Positions 8,587-18,821 of a stretch of 64,000 nt of DNA are shown here, in pieces. The first letter of the stretch is position 1. Each line of letters opens with the position of its first letter. Made by a program: the position numbers and the translations under genes. Source of the DNA: a candidate division LCP-89 bacterium B3_LCP (GTDB lineage Bacteria > Electryoneota > B3-LCP); the NCBI GenBank assembly GCA_005223185.1, contig NJBN01000001.1, positions 441,365 to 505,364 on the forward strand. Reading direction: 5' to 3'. The notes beneath the pieces are model-generated. The model had not been told where the DNA came from and ran no database searches. It saw only the letters and a program-made list of their open reading frames with translations.

Positions 8587-11322
8587 ATGCAAAAAACCTG
8601 CAAAATAACGATATTTTTGTCCATTTTCGCGATTCTACTCCTTTCTGCAACTGCAGCTTGGGGCGGCGTTCTGCGCGGTGTGGTTACCAATGTGGATACC
8701 GGTGAACCTGTATCCGATGCCAATGTGACCATACCGGGAACGTACTTCGGAGCGGCTACCGATCTGAACGGAGCTTTCTACATCATGAACGTCCCGGCGG
8801 GAGCTTACGATGTACGCATAAGCTGCCTGGGCTACACCGAACAGATTATGGGTGGGATTGTTGTACCGCCCACCGGTGAAAAGCTGCTGAAGATAACGCT
8901 GAAGCCCACCCTGCTTTCCGCCGGACAGGAAGTGGTCGTGGTCGGGGAAAGACCATTGATAGATGTTGATGATACGGCATCGCGAACCCGGGTCGGTTCG
9001 GAAGAGATAGAGAACTTAGTGGTAGAAGACGTTGAGGATCTGCTGGCGAATCAACTGGGTGTGGTGAAGGAGAACAACGAAATCCACATTCGCGGCGGCA
9101 GGGCGGATGAACATCTCTACCGCATCGATGGTTTGGACATTAAGGATCCGATTTCCGGCGCAGGTTACGGCATCTATCTTTCCGCCGATGCGATTGAAGA
9201 GCTGGAAGTGATCACCGGCGGCTTCAATGCTGAGTACGGTCAGGCTATGTCCGGTGTCATCGATATAAAGACCAAGGAGGGCGGCGACCGGTATTCGGGT
9301 TCCATGAGCATTAAATCAGATAACTTCGGTTCGAACGTTCCCGTTGAAAACCAGAACATAAAGTCGCTGGAATTTTCGTTGGGGGGTCCCGATAAGCTTC
9401 TCACCAAAATGCTTCCCGGCGAAGGGAATATCTTCATCAACGGCTATGGGTTTGTGTCCGATACCTATCTTCCCCATGCGAACGATCTGGTTCCATACGA
9501 CAATGCCTATGATTTCTTAGCTCCTAACGAAGAGAATAACTGGTCTATATTGAGCAAGTACACCTGGTGGATGACTCCTGTGAGCAAACTGCAGTTTTCC
9601 TATGGACGGTCATTGCAAATAAACCAGGGATACTTTCAGCCTTTGATAGAGGATAAAATCTACTATCCGGAGAGTTACGGGAATATATTAGATAATTACA
9701 ACACCTTCACCTGGGAAGGAATTCAATCCAGCATCACCTATACTCAGACCCTTTCAGCCCGAGCGTTTTTTGAGATACAGTTAGGGCGGTTCTACAACCG
9801 CGTGCATTCCGCTCCTTACGGTTTCAATTACGATGATTCCACTTACGTCGTCGGTCAGCCTTTCGATTTAGGTCCCACCATCTACTTTTCCGATCCTTAC
9901 GGCAACATAATCACCAAAACCGGGGATGATCTGTACGACGTCGGGTACGGTTACTACTGGCATGACCATCATTCCGATACCTATTCAGTCAAGGGTGATT
10001 TCACCTTAAAAGCCGGTAAGAAACACACTATTAAAACCGGTATAGATCTGGAAACCACTGAACTGCAAATGCTTCATATCAATGACCCCTGGTTGGGTGT
10101 TGAACAGGGGCTTTTGGGCGGTGATTGGGATTCCTATAACGCCCATACAGCCGCCGCTGCATTGTACGTTCAGGACAAGATCGAATTTGAGGGGATGATC
10201 GCCAACGTGGGCTTGCGGTTTGATACCTGGTTCCCGGGCAAGTACATAGAAAACGCAGTAGCTGATCCCAACACTGTAGCCTTAACCGATGAAGCGCGAC
10301 AGTATTTCTACGACAACACTTTCGAGTTCCTGGGATACCGGGGTAAAGGCCATCTTTCGCCCCGGCTGGGGATCTCACATCCCATCACCGAAGGTGACGT
10401 TCTCTTTTTATCGTACGGACATTTTTCCCAACGTCCCAAGTACGCCTACGTTTATTCAAAACTGGGCAGTGGAACTCAGTCAACTTTCCAACTGTTCGGC
10501 AACCCCAATTTGGAACCCACCACAACTGTCGCCTACGAGATGGGCGTGCGGCATCGCTTCTCAGCGGACAGAACCATCGAGTTAGTGGCGTTCTACAAAG
10601 ATCTATTCAATTATGCGACTTCCTTCGAAATTCGCGACATAAACAGGGGTACGACTTACTACCAGTACTTCAATATAGATAACGCTCGTGTGCGGGGATT
10701 GGAAATGCGGTTGCGAGCCCGGTGGGAACGCATAACTGCCAGAATAGATGCCACTTACCAGATAGCTACGGGCAAATCGTCCAGCGCCACAGCCAATCTG
10801 CAGGCCGCCGCTGGTAACGTGCTTCTGCAGAATTCGACTCTGGGTGAATCCTATCTGAATTGGGATAGACCTATTCGGTTAGCTTTAGACCTGTATTACC
10901 GGGTCGGTCAGAACGATCACCCGAAACTCTTCGGGATCAGATTACCTTCCGATTGGGGAGCGTCCGTGCGCTGGGAGATTGAGTCAGGGAAACGGTACAC
11001 AACAGCCTTCCTGACGGAAACCGGCGACATTCAATACGATCCTGAGACCAACAATGCCTTGAGCGATCCCTGGAATACAGTCGATGCTAAAGTGTACAAA
11101 GATTTCCGTTTTGGAGGGGTGAGATACACCATCTTCGCGGAAGTGGAAAACCTCTTTAATTTCAAGCGTCCCAAGACTTTAAATTCCTTGACGGGTAGAG
11201 CGTTCGAACCAGGAGATCCATACCCTTTAACCTGGGAGAATAATTTAGGATATGTAACCTTAGATCCATCCAGATATGGTGAACCCAGAAAGATGATATG
11301 TGGGATGTCTGTTAAATTCTGA
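8587..11322 (+). CDS. TonB-dependent-receptor-like outer-membrane barrel with N-terminal carboxypeptidase-regulatory-like domain
   Basis: Signal peptide; CarbopepD_reg-like segment (GVVTNVDTGEPVSDANVTIPG…DLNGAFYIMNVPAGAYDVRISCLGY); plug-like motif (IHIRGGRADEHLYRIDGLDIKDP); long Tyr/Gly-rich C-terminal barrel ending in a terminal aromatic (…KF). Confidence 0.6.
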   Translation: MQKTCKITIFLSIFAILLLSATAAWGGVLRGVVTNVDTGEPVSDANVTIPGTYFGAATDLNGAFYIMNVPAGAYDVRISCLGYTEQIMGGIVVPPTGEKLLKITLKPTLLSAGQEVVVVGERPLIDVDDTASRTRVGSEEIENLVVEDVEDLLANQLGVVKENNEIHIRGGRADEHLYRIDGLDIKDPISGAGYGIYLSADAIEELEVITGGFNAEYGQAMSGVIDIKTKEGGDRYSGSMSIKSDNFGSNVPVENQNIKSLEFSLGGPDKLLTKMLPGEGNIFINGYGFVSDTYLPHANDLVPYDNAYDFLAPNEENNWSILSKYTWWMTPVSKLQFSYGRSLQINQGYFQPLIEDKIYYPESYGNILDNYNTFTWEGIQSSITYTQTLSARAFFEIQLGRFYNRVHSAPYGFNYDDSTYVVGQPFDLGPTIYFSDPYGNIITKTGDDLYDVGYGYYWHDHHSDTYSVKGDFTLKAGKKHTIKTGIDLETTELQMLHINDPWLGVEQGLLGGDWDSYNAHTAAAALYVQDKIEFEGMIANVGLRFDTWFPGKYIENAVADPNTVALTDEARQYFYDNTFEFLGYRGKGHLSPRLGISHPITEGDVLFLSYGHFSQRPKYAYVYSKLGSGTQSTFQLFGNPNLEPTTTVAYEMGVRHRFSADRTIELVAFYKDLFNYATSFEIRDINRGTTYYQYFNIDNARVRGLEMRLRARWERITARIDATYQIATGKSSSATANLQAAAGNVLLQNSTLGESYLNWDRPIRLALDLYYRVGQNDHPKLFGIRLPSDWGASVRWEIESGKRYTTAFLTETGDIQYDPETNNALSDPWNTVDAKVYKDFRFGGVRYTIFAEVENLFNFKRPKTLNSLTGRAFEPGDPYPLTWENNLGYVTLDPSRYGEPRKMICGMSVKF

Positions 11323-11392
11323 GATTGTGGGTGGCATGTTTCTGGCTCTGACGAAGTCAGGGACGAAGCATGTTTCCAATACAAATAATTTT

Positions 11393-12400
11393 ATGAATCT
11401 GAAGAACAATAAAAGCCTATTAGTACTGTTAACAGCCTTCTGGTTGATCCCTCATGCTGTCTTAGCATCAGGGCTTTTCCCTGTATTGGGAGCCGAGCGA
11501 GCTGGCACCACCTCCATGACCTTTCTGAAGATCGGCATCGGAGCTCGTGCGGAAGGATTAGGGGGAGGATTCGTGGCTATTGCGGATGATCCCTCTTGCC
11601 TCTTCTGGAATCCTGCTGGCGGAGTACGTATGCGGGGTAATTCTGGAGTGCTGTTCAATTACCTGCAATGGCCTGCCGATATACAATACAGTTACATAAG
11701 TTGGGTTCACAAGTTGAAGGAAACGTCCGCTATCGGTCTTTTTGCTGGTGCACTGACGCTTCCGAATTTTGAGGAAACGACGGTGACAAAACCTCACGGC
11801 ACGGGACGCTACGTTTCCTATGGCGATTTTCTGATCGGAGCGAGTTATTCACATTCGTTGACTCATCGGTTTTCCGTAGGCGTAACGCTGAAATATGCGC
11901 GTGAGAAGTTAGACGACCTTAATATGTCATCAATATTAGGAGATATCGGCACTCTCTATTTTACCGGTCTGCGCGATATACGTTTGGCAGCATCACTGCA
12001 GCATTTTGGGCCCAATATGCGCCCTGCTGGAAGCTATCAGGCTGATAACGGCAGCCAGCAGTACGAAGAATATCCACCTCCGACTCTGTTTCGTTTAGGA
12101 GTTGCCGGATCGGTGTACCAATCACAATTGCACCAGATTCTCCTGGCTCTGGCATTGGAACATCCCGTGGATAATGCTGAAAGCCTGTCCTTGGGTATGG
12201 AATATGTCGCCCATGATATAATTGTACTGCGCTGGGGACAAAAAATAAATAGGGGGGAAGAGAGCTGGGTAGCGGGCATTGGAGTTAGAATCCCTTATCA
12301 GGGGCTGCAGATTGAATTGGATTTTGCCTATACCAATTTTGGCAGGCTTGATTTGGCAAAGCGTTATTCCAGCCAAATATTTTATGGTGGTATGAACTAG
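11393..12400 (+). CDS. PorV/PorQ-family-like outer-membrane protein (putative T9SS component)
   Basis: Start moved to ATG 11393 (signal peptide MNLKNNKSLLVLLTAFWLIPHAVLA). N-terminal signature TTSMTFLKIGIGARAEGLGGGFVAIADDPSCLFWNPAG recalled as typical of PorV/PorQ-type barrels. Family assignment from memory only. Confidence 0.45.
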   Translation: MNLKNNKSLLVLLTAFWLIPHAVLASGLFPVLGAERAGTTSMTFLKIGIGARAEGLGGGFVAIADDPSCLFWNPAGGVRMRGNSGVLFNYLQWPADIQYSYISWVHKLKETSAIGLFAGALTLPNFEETTVTKPHGTGRYVSYGDFLIGASYSHSLTHRFSVGVTLKYAREKLDDLNMSSILGDIGTLYFTGLRDIRLAASLQHFGPNMRPAGSYQADNGSQQYEEYPPPTLFRLGVAGSVYQSQLHQILLALALEHPVDNAESLSLGMEYVAHDIIVLRWGQKINRGEESWVAGIGVRIPYQGLQIELDFAYTNFGRLDLAKRYSSQIFYGGMN

Positions 12401-12419
12401 GAACAATACAGGATAATAC

Positions 12420-13727
12420 GTGAGATCACCCGAACTAAATAACGAGAGTAATCAGAAAGTACTTGGCATAGTTGCGATTGTGTTTATTCTGGTGGTAATC
12501 AGCGCTTGCGGTACCAAGATGGAGCTACCGTCATCGCCTGCCAGTGTCTCTTTTGGATCTGGAGATACGACGTACATTCATCTGGCGCCTGATTGGACAA
12601 TTAACAACGGGATACCCTTAAATGAACCATGTGATATAGTTGTGGGCCCGGATGGTTATGTGTTCGTGGTAGATCGCGGAAATGAGAGAATCGCAGTTTT
12701 CGACCGCGTTGGCAATTCCATCGAAACCGGATGGACTGACGACCTGGCTGATCTAGATGGATTGGAAGGAATCGGTTCGGGAGATGTAATCGAAGCAATC
12801 GGACAGGATGAGAAGCTCAACCTGTTTATGGTGGCTGGAGGTCCTACGGTTTGGTACTGGAATCAATATATTAATGAAGTCGGCGTGGAATCAGTTCTCG
12901 ATTATTTTGTCGTTTTGGACACCCTTGAACTTGATACGACAAATGCGTCATTCACCGAGTTTGTAGAGTTGGAGACGCAGACGCCGGACAGGTACGTCAT
13001 AATAGACTTTATATTTTCCTACGATCCAGACAGAATCGATTCTGTTTATGCCCCTAAGGTCTTCTATCAGGATCCCAACGGTCTATCCAAGTATCGTGGC
13101 GTTGCCGGAGGGCCGGATGAAACGGTGTACATCACTGATCTAACAGACCGTGTCAGCCGTTTGACTTTGAATTATCACAATATGGTGATGCTGAACAACG
13201 GATTTGTTGCATATACCTATTACGGCGACTTCGAGAGAGATATAGCTGTTCACGGAACCGGCATGGGGACCACTATCGATCCGGCAGGCATTTACGTTCA
13301 GGTACAAGGTGGACAGCATTACATCTATTTCAGTCAAACCGAACCCAATTTCATGGTGCAGAAGATAAGGGAAGAAGGTGTAGGAAATTTCTTCTCAGCA
13401 TTTAGTGCCAACACCGACATTATGGAACTGGAGCGCTTCTCCCGACCTATGGACATCTGGGTTGCTGAACAGTATTTAGGCAGCAACTGGGTCTTCGTAG
13501 CAGATACCGATTCCAACCGAGTGCAGGTGTTCAATCCAGTGGGCGATTTTCTGATGTACGCTGGCGGGCGGAAAACAAGCATTGCCGATCCTGAAATATT
13601 CGATGAGCTTGTCCTACCGGAAGGTGTAGCGCATTTCGAAGGTACACTCTATGTAGCGGATACTGGTAATAACCGCATCGTGCGTTATGCGTTATCTACC
13701 GATGTTGAAAATATTCCCGGACTTTAA
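12420..13727 (+). CDS. NHL-repeat (beta-propeller) lipoprotein
   Basis: GTG start with agga 6 nt upstream; lipobox VISACG; NHL-like repeats (RIAVFDRVGN, RVQVFNPVGDF, TLYVADTGNNRIVRY). Confidence 0.5.
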   Translation: MRSPELNNESNQKVLGIVAIVFILVVISACGTKMELPSSPASVSFGSGDTTYIHLAPDWTINNGIPLNEPCDIVVGPDGYVFVVDRGNERIAVFDRVGNSIETGWTDDLADLDGLEGIGSGDVIEAIGQDEKLNLFMVAGGPTVWYWNQYINEVGVESVLDYFVVLDTLELDTTNASFTEFVELETQTPDRYVIIDFIFSYDPDRIDSVYAPKVFYQDPNGLSKYRGVAGGPDETVYITDLTDRVSRLTLNYHNMVMLNNGFVAYTYYGDFERDIAVHGTGMGTTIDPAGIYVQVQGGQHYIYFSQTEPNFMVQKIREEGVGNFFSAFSANTDIMELERFSRPMDIWVAEQYLGSNWVFVADTDSNRVQVFNPVGDFLMYAGGRKTSIADPEIFDELVLPEGVAHFEGTLYVADTGNNRIVRYALSTDVENIPGL

Positions 13728-13842
13728 TTTCTATAGGTAAGTCCCGATTTAACAATCTGATGGGAAGCACAATCCGCCATGGGTTATTTTTTTCCTGAGC
13801 TGTTATCAAGAATAAAATATCTTACTTATTGAAAAATAATGC

Positions 13843-13871
13843 TTGCATTGCCCCAAATAAATTTGCATATT
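13843..13871 (+). promoter_or_regulatory. Sigma-70-like promoter TTGCAT-N17-CATATT
   Basis: ttgcat 13843-13848, 17-nt spacer, catatt 13866-13871, about 45 nt upstream of ATG 13915. Confidence 0.45.
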
Positions 13872-13914
13872 ACTTATCTAATGTAATTTGAAGTTGCGAA
13901 TTTAGAATATAGCT

Positions 13915-15516
13915 ATGCGCCTGCAAAGAATAACGCTGATTGTAATCGTTCTTGTGCTTTCGATTCCATGTTGGGCTAACCAACTGCAGATAGTCCATTT
14001 CGATATCGGGCAGGGGGATGCCACCCTGATCTGGTCGCCTTCAGGACAGACCATGCTTGTGGATGCCGGATGGGCGTCCGAACCGGATGACATTCGCCTC
14101 TGGATGCAATCTCACGGTATCAACGACTTAACCTATACTCTGGCAACTCACTACCACGCCGATCACATCGGTGAATTCCTGGACCTCTATAATTCGGGTT
14201 ACCTGCCTGACATAGCTTATGACCGCGGCGATAACCCTGGATATACCACCCAGACCTATTATAACTACATCGCTGCCGCAGCGCCTGTAAGACAGACGAT
14301 CGCTCCGGGCGAGATTGTTGATTTGGGTGGGGGCGTTACCGCTACAGCGGTCTGTGTTCAGGGTAACCTGATGAATGGACAATCGATATCGATCCCAACA
14401 TCCAGTTCCTATGAAAATGAACGTAGCATCTGCCTTTTAGTTGAGTACCATAATTTCCGCTACGTTGTATCTGGTGATCTGAGGGGTTCAGGTTCTTATG
14501 AGTTAGAGTCACTCTGTTCGGGGATTATTGGTGATATCGACGTCTTTGAAGTGAATCATCATGGGTCTTATTCTTCGACCAGCAATACATGGTTGAATAA
14601 CCTGCAGGCGGAAGCTGCGGTAGTCTCTCTGTCTGATAACAATAGCTATGGTTACGTGCACACTGAGGTTATTAGTCGGGTTAACAGTAATTATTATCTG
14701 CAGACCTTCTATCACACCGAAGAGGGGCATAATCTGAGCACGAAATCGGTCGTGGTTAACGATCATGTAATTCTGGAAACAAACGGTCTGACTTCCTACA
14801 CGATTGATGGTGATCTGTACGACTTGGGTCCTGATATATTCGTGGATGTCTGGGTCGATCCCATGACTGCATTACCGATTCCGACTTCCGGTGGCACACT
14901 TTTCTGGAATTTGATGGTACAGAATCTGGAAACGAGCACCATACCGGTCAACATCAAATTCTGGCTGGAAGTACCCAATTATGGTCCCTATACGATGATA
15001 GACCTACCCGGTTTCGATCTTCCACCTCTACCCACTGGAGCTGAACGCGAAAGGCAGATTGACATACCATCTGGCGCTCCGGCGGGAATGTACGAGCTTA
15101 TAGGGGAGATAACGGATGAAGATGATCTGATTCTCTATGCCTGCGACCGCGACACCTTCTATAAAGAAGGAACGGATGGAGGCGATTGGTTCGGTTACTT
15201 AAACCCGTATGGTTCAAGTGATTTCCAGATGGATTCTGATGTATCCCAGAGGCGATCTGCCGCTATCATCTCTGCCTACCCGATGCCCTTCAACCCGGAA
15301 GTTACTATCGGGTTTTCACTGGCGGAAATGGGGATGGTTCAACTTGACGTCTTCGATTTGGGTGGACGAAAGGTCGCTACCCTGTATGAGGGTAACCTTT
15401 CCCAAGGTGTGTATTACTTCGACTGGAATGCACAATCACAACCGACCGGAGTGTATTTCGCAAGGTTAACGGGTGATGGTGTAAACAGCATCAAGAAACT
15501 CGTTTATCTTAAATAG
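13915..15516 (+). CDS. Secreted MBL-fold metallo-hydrolase (ComEC-type lactamase_B domain) with T9SS C-terminal domain
   Basis: Signal peptide; VHFDIGQGDATLIWSP…MLVDAGW…THYHADHIG motif set of ComEC-like MBL domains; C-terminal Por_Secre_tail (YPMPFNPEVTIGFSLA…YFARLTGDG…KKLVYLK). Confidence 0.6.
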   Translation: MRLQRITLIVIVLVLSIPCWANQLQIVHFDIGQGDATLIWSPSGQTMLVDAGWASEPDDIRLWMQSHGINDLTYTLATHYHADHIGEFLDLYNSGYLPDIAYDRGDNPGYTTQTYYNYIAAAAPVRQTIAPGEIVDLGGGVTATAVCVQGNLMNGQSISIPTSSSYENERSICLLVEYHNFRYVVSGDLRGSGSYELESLCSGIIGDIDVFEVNHHGSYSSTSNTWLNNLQAEAAVVSLSDNNSYGYVHTEVISRVNSNYYLQTFYHTEEGHNLSTKSVVVNDHVILETNGLTSYTIDGDLYDLGPDIFVDVWVDPMTALPIPTSGGTLFWNLMVQNLETSTIPVNIKFWLEVPNYGPYTMIDLPGFDLPPLPTGAERERQIDIPSGAPAGMYELIGEITDEDDLILYACDRDTFYKEGTDGGDWFGYLNPYGSSDFQMDSDVSQRRSAAIISAYPMPFNPEVTIGFSLAEMGMVQLDVFDLGGRKVATLYEGNLSQGVYYFDWNAQSQPTGVYFARLTGDGVNSIKKLVYLK

Positions 15517-15654
15517 AGTGAGTTTACAGGTAAACAATCCATCTTGTGATTTCTTAATGCGATTCTCATAATGGACTAACAAATCATCAGTAGCTTATCT
15601 TACGATGAAATAACTAAAAAGAAAAACTATGAACCAAACAGAACATGAAGGAGG

Positions 15655-18549
15655 ATGGTTATGAAAAATGGAAAACTACTTTGGTTGTCAATTCTAATGG
15701 TCGGCTTCATTGCTTTCACCGCTTCTGCGGATGTGGTCATCAACGAATTGTACTACGATCACGTTGGCGGCGATACTGATCATGAGTTCATTGAATTGTA
15801 CAATAATGGCGGCAGTGACGTAGATCTCACTGGCTGGCAGATCCAGTGGGGTGGTACCGATTATACCTACGGCACCTATGATTTCCCCTTTGGAACCACC
15901 ATTTACGCAGGCGACTACCTGCTGGTTGGCGGTGCTTTAACTGCCAGTGATTTCGGCGTAACACCCGACTTGATCAATGCGTTCAACTGCCAGAATGCTG
16001 GCAGCGCCACTGATGCAGTACGGCTTTTCAACCTGACGGATTATCATGACACCTGTCCGTATGATTGGCCCAACACGAATAATCTGGAAGGAGATCCCTA
16101 CGGATCTGGCGCAGCGGATTCACTGCAGTGCACCGTTGATGTCGCGTCAGGTTATAGTCTTTCTCGCGTGACTGTCGGTGTCGACAACAATCTGGCCACT
16201 GACTGGGAAGATCTGGATACACCCACACCAACTGCATCTTCATATACCTTGGTTGTCAGCGATATTGGCGACATTCGTGTGAATGATGCAAACGGTGAAC
16301 CCCTGTACGTGGATTCACTGGTTACCATCACTGGAATCATCACCTGTGCCGAAGAATTAGGCAGTAGCGGCCCGGCTTATATGTATGACAACACCGGCGC
16401 GATTGCTGTTTATGATGGAACCGTCACTACTTCCGGTGTGGCCATCGGCGATAGCGTCATTGTGACCGGTTGGGTAGGATTTTACGCCGGCTTGACTGAG
16501 ATCGTAGACGAACCGACGTCAGGCACACCGGATGTGGCTTTCCAGATCGTCTCTACTGGTAATGATGTGACGCCGATAGAAACAGTAATAACGGATATCG
16601 ATGAGGACATGGAAGCTTATCTTGTTCGCATCAACGGTTGTACATTTGTAGAGACAGGGCTTTTCACAGCCAGTACAGTGCACCACGCCTATGTTGGTAC
16701 TGATACCATAGCTATCTACATCGATTCCAGTACCGATATCCCCGGCGAACCTATCCCCATAGGCGAATGTGACATAGTCGGCCAGGTGGGTCAATATGAT
16801 AACACCAGCCCCTATTTTGATGGTTACCAGGTAATCCCACGAACGATTGCTGATATTATCACGGGCGGTGTTGCTGGTCCAACCATCGATGACACAGAAC
16901 CGATTCCATACCTGCCGGATGACATGGAATCCGTCGTTATCAATACCATGATATATGATGACATAGCGGTCAGTTCAGCCTATGTTTACTACGATGCTGG
17001 TGCGGATGATTGGGTTGCGTTGGAAATCTTCGATGACGGTCTGCACAACGACGGAGCCGCCGGCGACAGCATTTACGGCAACACTATCCCGGGTCAGACC
17101 GCAGGTACCGGTGTGAACTTCTACATCGAAGCAACCGATAACGAAGCGAACACTACCTACGATCCACCAGATGCCCCGACGAGCTACTACTTCTATGAGC
17201 ATCATGACTACTCGAACGTCACGGCTATCGCAACGGTACGCGAAGCTGATACCACCGGCTATCCCATCAATATAGACGGGCTTTATACAGTCGAAGGATA
17301 TGTCTCGGCTGCTGACGAGTTCGGTTACGCGGGTCCTGCTCATATCCAGAGTGACCCGGATGGCGGCGATGGTATCGCAGTATACGATAATGAAGTGGAA
17401 AATTACGGTTGGGCTATCGGCGACTACGTCAAGGTGACCGGCTGGGTGGCATTCTACAACGGATTGACACAGATAGTGGATGCCCCCTACAATTCGAGTT
17501 ACAACCCGATTGTAGAAATTAACGCCTCAGGATTCGATATCACTCCGACAGTCATTGGTGACCTCGATGATATCGGTGAAGACGATGAATCCCTGCTGGT
17601 TGAACTCAGAGGGGTGCGCTTTACTGAAACAGGAACATTCGCGGCTTCTACCAATTACTGGGTAACTGACGGCGCCGATTCTGCTCAGGTGCGGATCGAC
17701 TATGACACCAACATACCGGGTACAACTATTCCCGAAGATCCAGTGACCGTCATAGGTGCGATGGGGCAGTACGATTACAGTTCACCGTACTTCTCCGGAT
17801 ACCAGATTCTGCCGCGCTTCGATACCGACATCTACACCCCCCCCCTGTACATCACTGTGATCCCGACTGGACCACCTGTGGTGATCCCGGTGGGTGGTGG
17901 CAGCTTCGAATACAACGTCGATCTGTACAATAACACAGCTACAGCTCAGAATATCGATATCAACCTGATCGCTGAGCTACCCAATGGGAACTACTACTAC
18001 TTCACCCCAACACCGATCAACGTGACCCTTCCAGCCGGACTGCACGCCAACCGCTTGAAGGATCGCAATATCCCGGGTGGCGCCCCAGAAGGTATCTACT
18101 CATACCGCATTACCATGGAAGATCGGATCACAGGTGAAGTTCTCACTTCCGATGGAATGCCCTTCGAAAAGACTGCTACTGATGGCGGCGGTGAATACGT
18201 CGATAACTGGGATGGCCACTGGTTGACCGATTGGATGTGGGAAGAGATCAATCCGGAACTGGACGCCGGCATGGGAATGCTACCAGAGGAATACGCGTTG
18301 GATCAGAATTATCCCAACCCATTCAACCCGGCTACCAACATCAGTTACTCACTGCCTCAGTCGAGCTACACACAATTGCAGATCTACAACCTCCGTGGAC
18401 AGTTAGTTGCCACCGTGGTTGACGGATTCCGCAATGCCGGTTACCACGAAGTAACCTTCGATGCTTCCGGACTGGCTTCCGGGCTGTATATCTACCACCT
18501 GCAAGCTGGTGATTTCGTTGACAGCGGCAAGATGATGCTGATGAAGTAG
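15655..18549 (+). CDS. Secreted lamin-tail-domain (LTD) protein with duplicated OB-fold-like modules and T9SS C-terminal domain; ExeM/NucH-like architecture without a recognisable catalytic domain
   Basis: RBS ggagg; signal peptide; LTD signature VVINELYYDHVGGDTDHEFIELYNNGGSDVDLTGWQIQW; two internally duplicated modules (…GAIAVYDGTVTTSGVAIGDSVIVTGWVGFYAGLTEIVD… and …GIAVYDNEVENYGWAIGDYVKVTGWVAFYNGLTQIVD…); C-terminal Por_Secre_tail. Confidence 0.6.
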   Translation: MVMKNGKLLWLSILMVGFIAFTASADVVINELYYDHVGGDTDHEFIELYNNGGSDVDLTGWQIQWGGTDYTYGTYDFPFGTTIYAGDYLLVGGALTASDFGVTPDLINAFNCQNAGSATDAVRLFNLTDYHDTCPYDWPNTNNLEGDPYGSGAADSLQCTVDVASGYSLSRVTVGVDNNLATDWEDLDTPTPTASSYTLVVSDIGDIRVNDANGEPLYVDSLVTITGIITCAEELGSSGPAYMYDNTGAIAVYDGTVTTSGVAIGDSVIVTGWVGFYAGLTEIVDEPTSGTPDVAFQIVSTGNDVTPIETVITDIDEDMEAYLVRINGCTFVETGLFTASTVHHAYVGTDTIAIYIDSSTDIPGEPIPIGECDIVGQVGQYDNTSPYFDGYQVIPRTIADIITGGVAGPTIDDTEPIPYLPDDMESVVINTMIYDDIAVSSAYVYYDAGADDWVALEIFDDGLHNDGAAGDSIYGNTIPGQTAGTGVNFYIEATDNEANTTYDPPDAPTSYYFYEHHDYSNVTAIATVREADTTGYPINIDGLYTVEGYVSAADEFGYAGPAHIQSDPDGGDGIAVYDNEVENYGWAIGDYVKVTGWVAFYNGLTQIVDAPYNSSYNPIVEINASGFDITPTVIGDLDDIGEDDESLLVELRGVRFTETGTFAASTNYWVTDGADSAQVRIDYDTNIPGTTIPEDPVTVIGAMGQYDYSSPYFSGYQILPRFDTDIYTPPLYITVIPTGPPVVIPVGGGSFEYNVDLYNNTATAQNIDINLIAELPNGNYYYFTPTPINVTLPAGLHANRLKDRNIPGGAPEGIYSYRITMEDRITGEVLTSDGMPFEKTATDGGGEYVDNWDGHWLTDWMWEEINPELDAGMGMLPEEYALDQNYPNPFNPATNISYSLPQSSYTQLQIYNLRGQLVATVVDGFRNAGYHEVTFDASGLASGLYIYHLQAGDFVDSGKMMLMK

Positions 18550-18606
18550 AAAAGTCAATCTTTGCGCGAGTGCTTCGGTACTTTGCACTGTGTAAAGTGA
18601 TACATC

Positions 18607-18636
18607 AAAGGCGGCCGTCTGGCCGCCTTTTTTATT
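18607..18636. terminator. Rho-independent terminator between convergent genes
   Basis: aaaggcggcc-gtct-ggccgcc followed by tttttt: 7-bp GC stem, 4-nt loop, T6. Confidence 0.7.
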
Positions 18637-18660
18637 GTCATTCCTGCGTCCGCAGGAATC
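18637..18660. repeat. GTCATT-type palindromic repeat (gtcattcctgcg…cgcaggaatc)
   Basis: Near-perfect palindrome starting with GTCATT, same family as 6758 and 36581. Confidence 0.55.
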
Positions 18661-18821
18661 AAGAGGTGTAGGGTTTCTCACTAATTTCTACATAAGAAGG
18701 TATCATCCTATCCCGTAGCCAGGGTTCTCCTCGATCCTGACATTAGACTTTTCGCTGCGCCAGAGTGACAATTTAAGGGTAGCCCCTTTTAGTTTTCATA
18801 TTTAGGGTATGGGAAAGTAAT

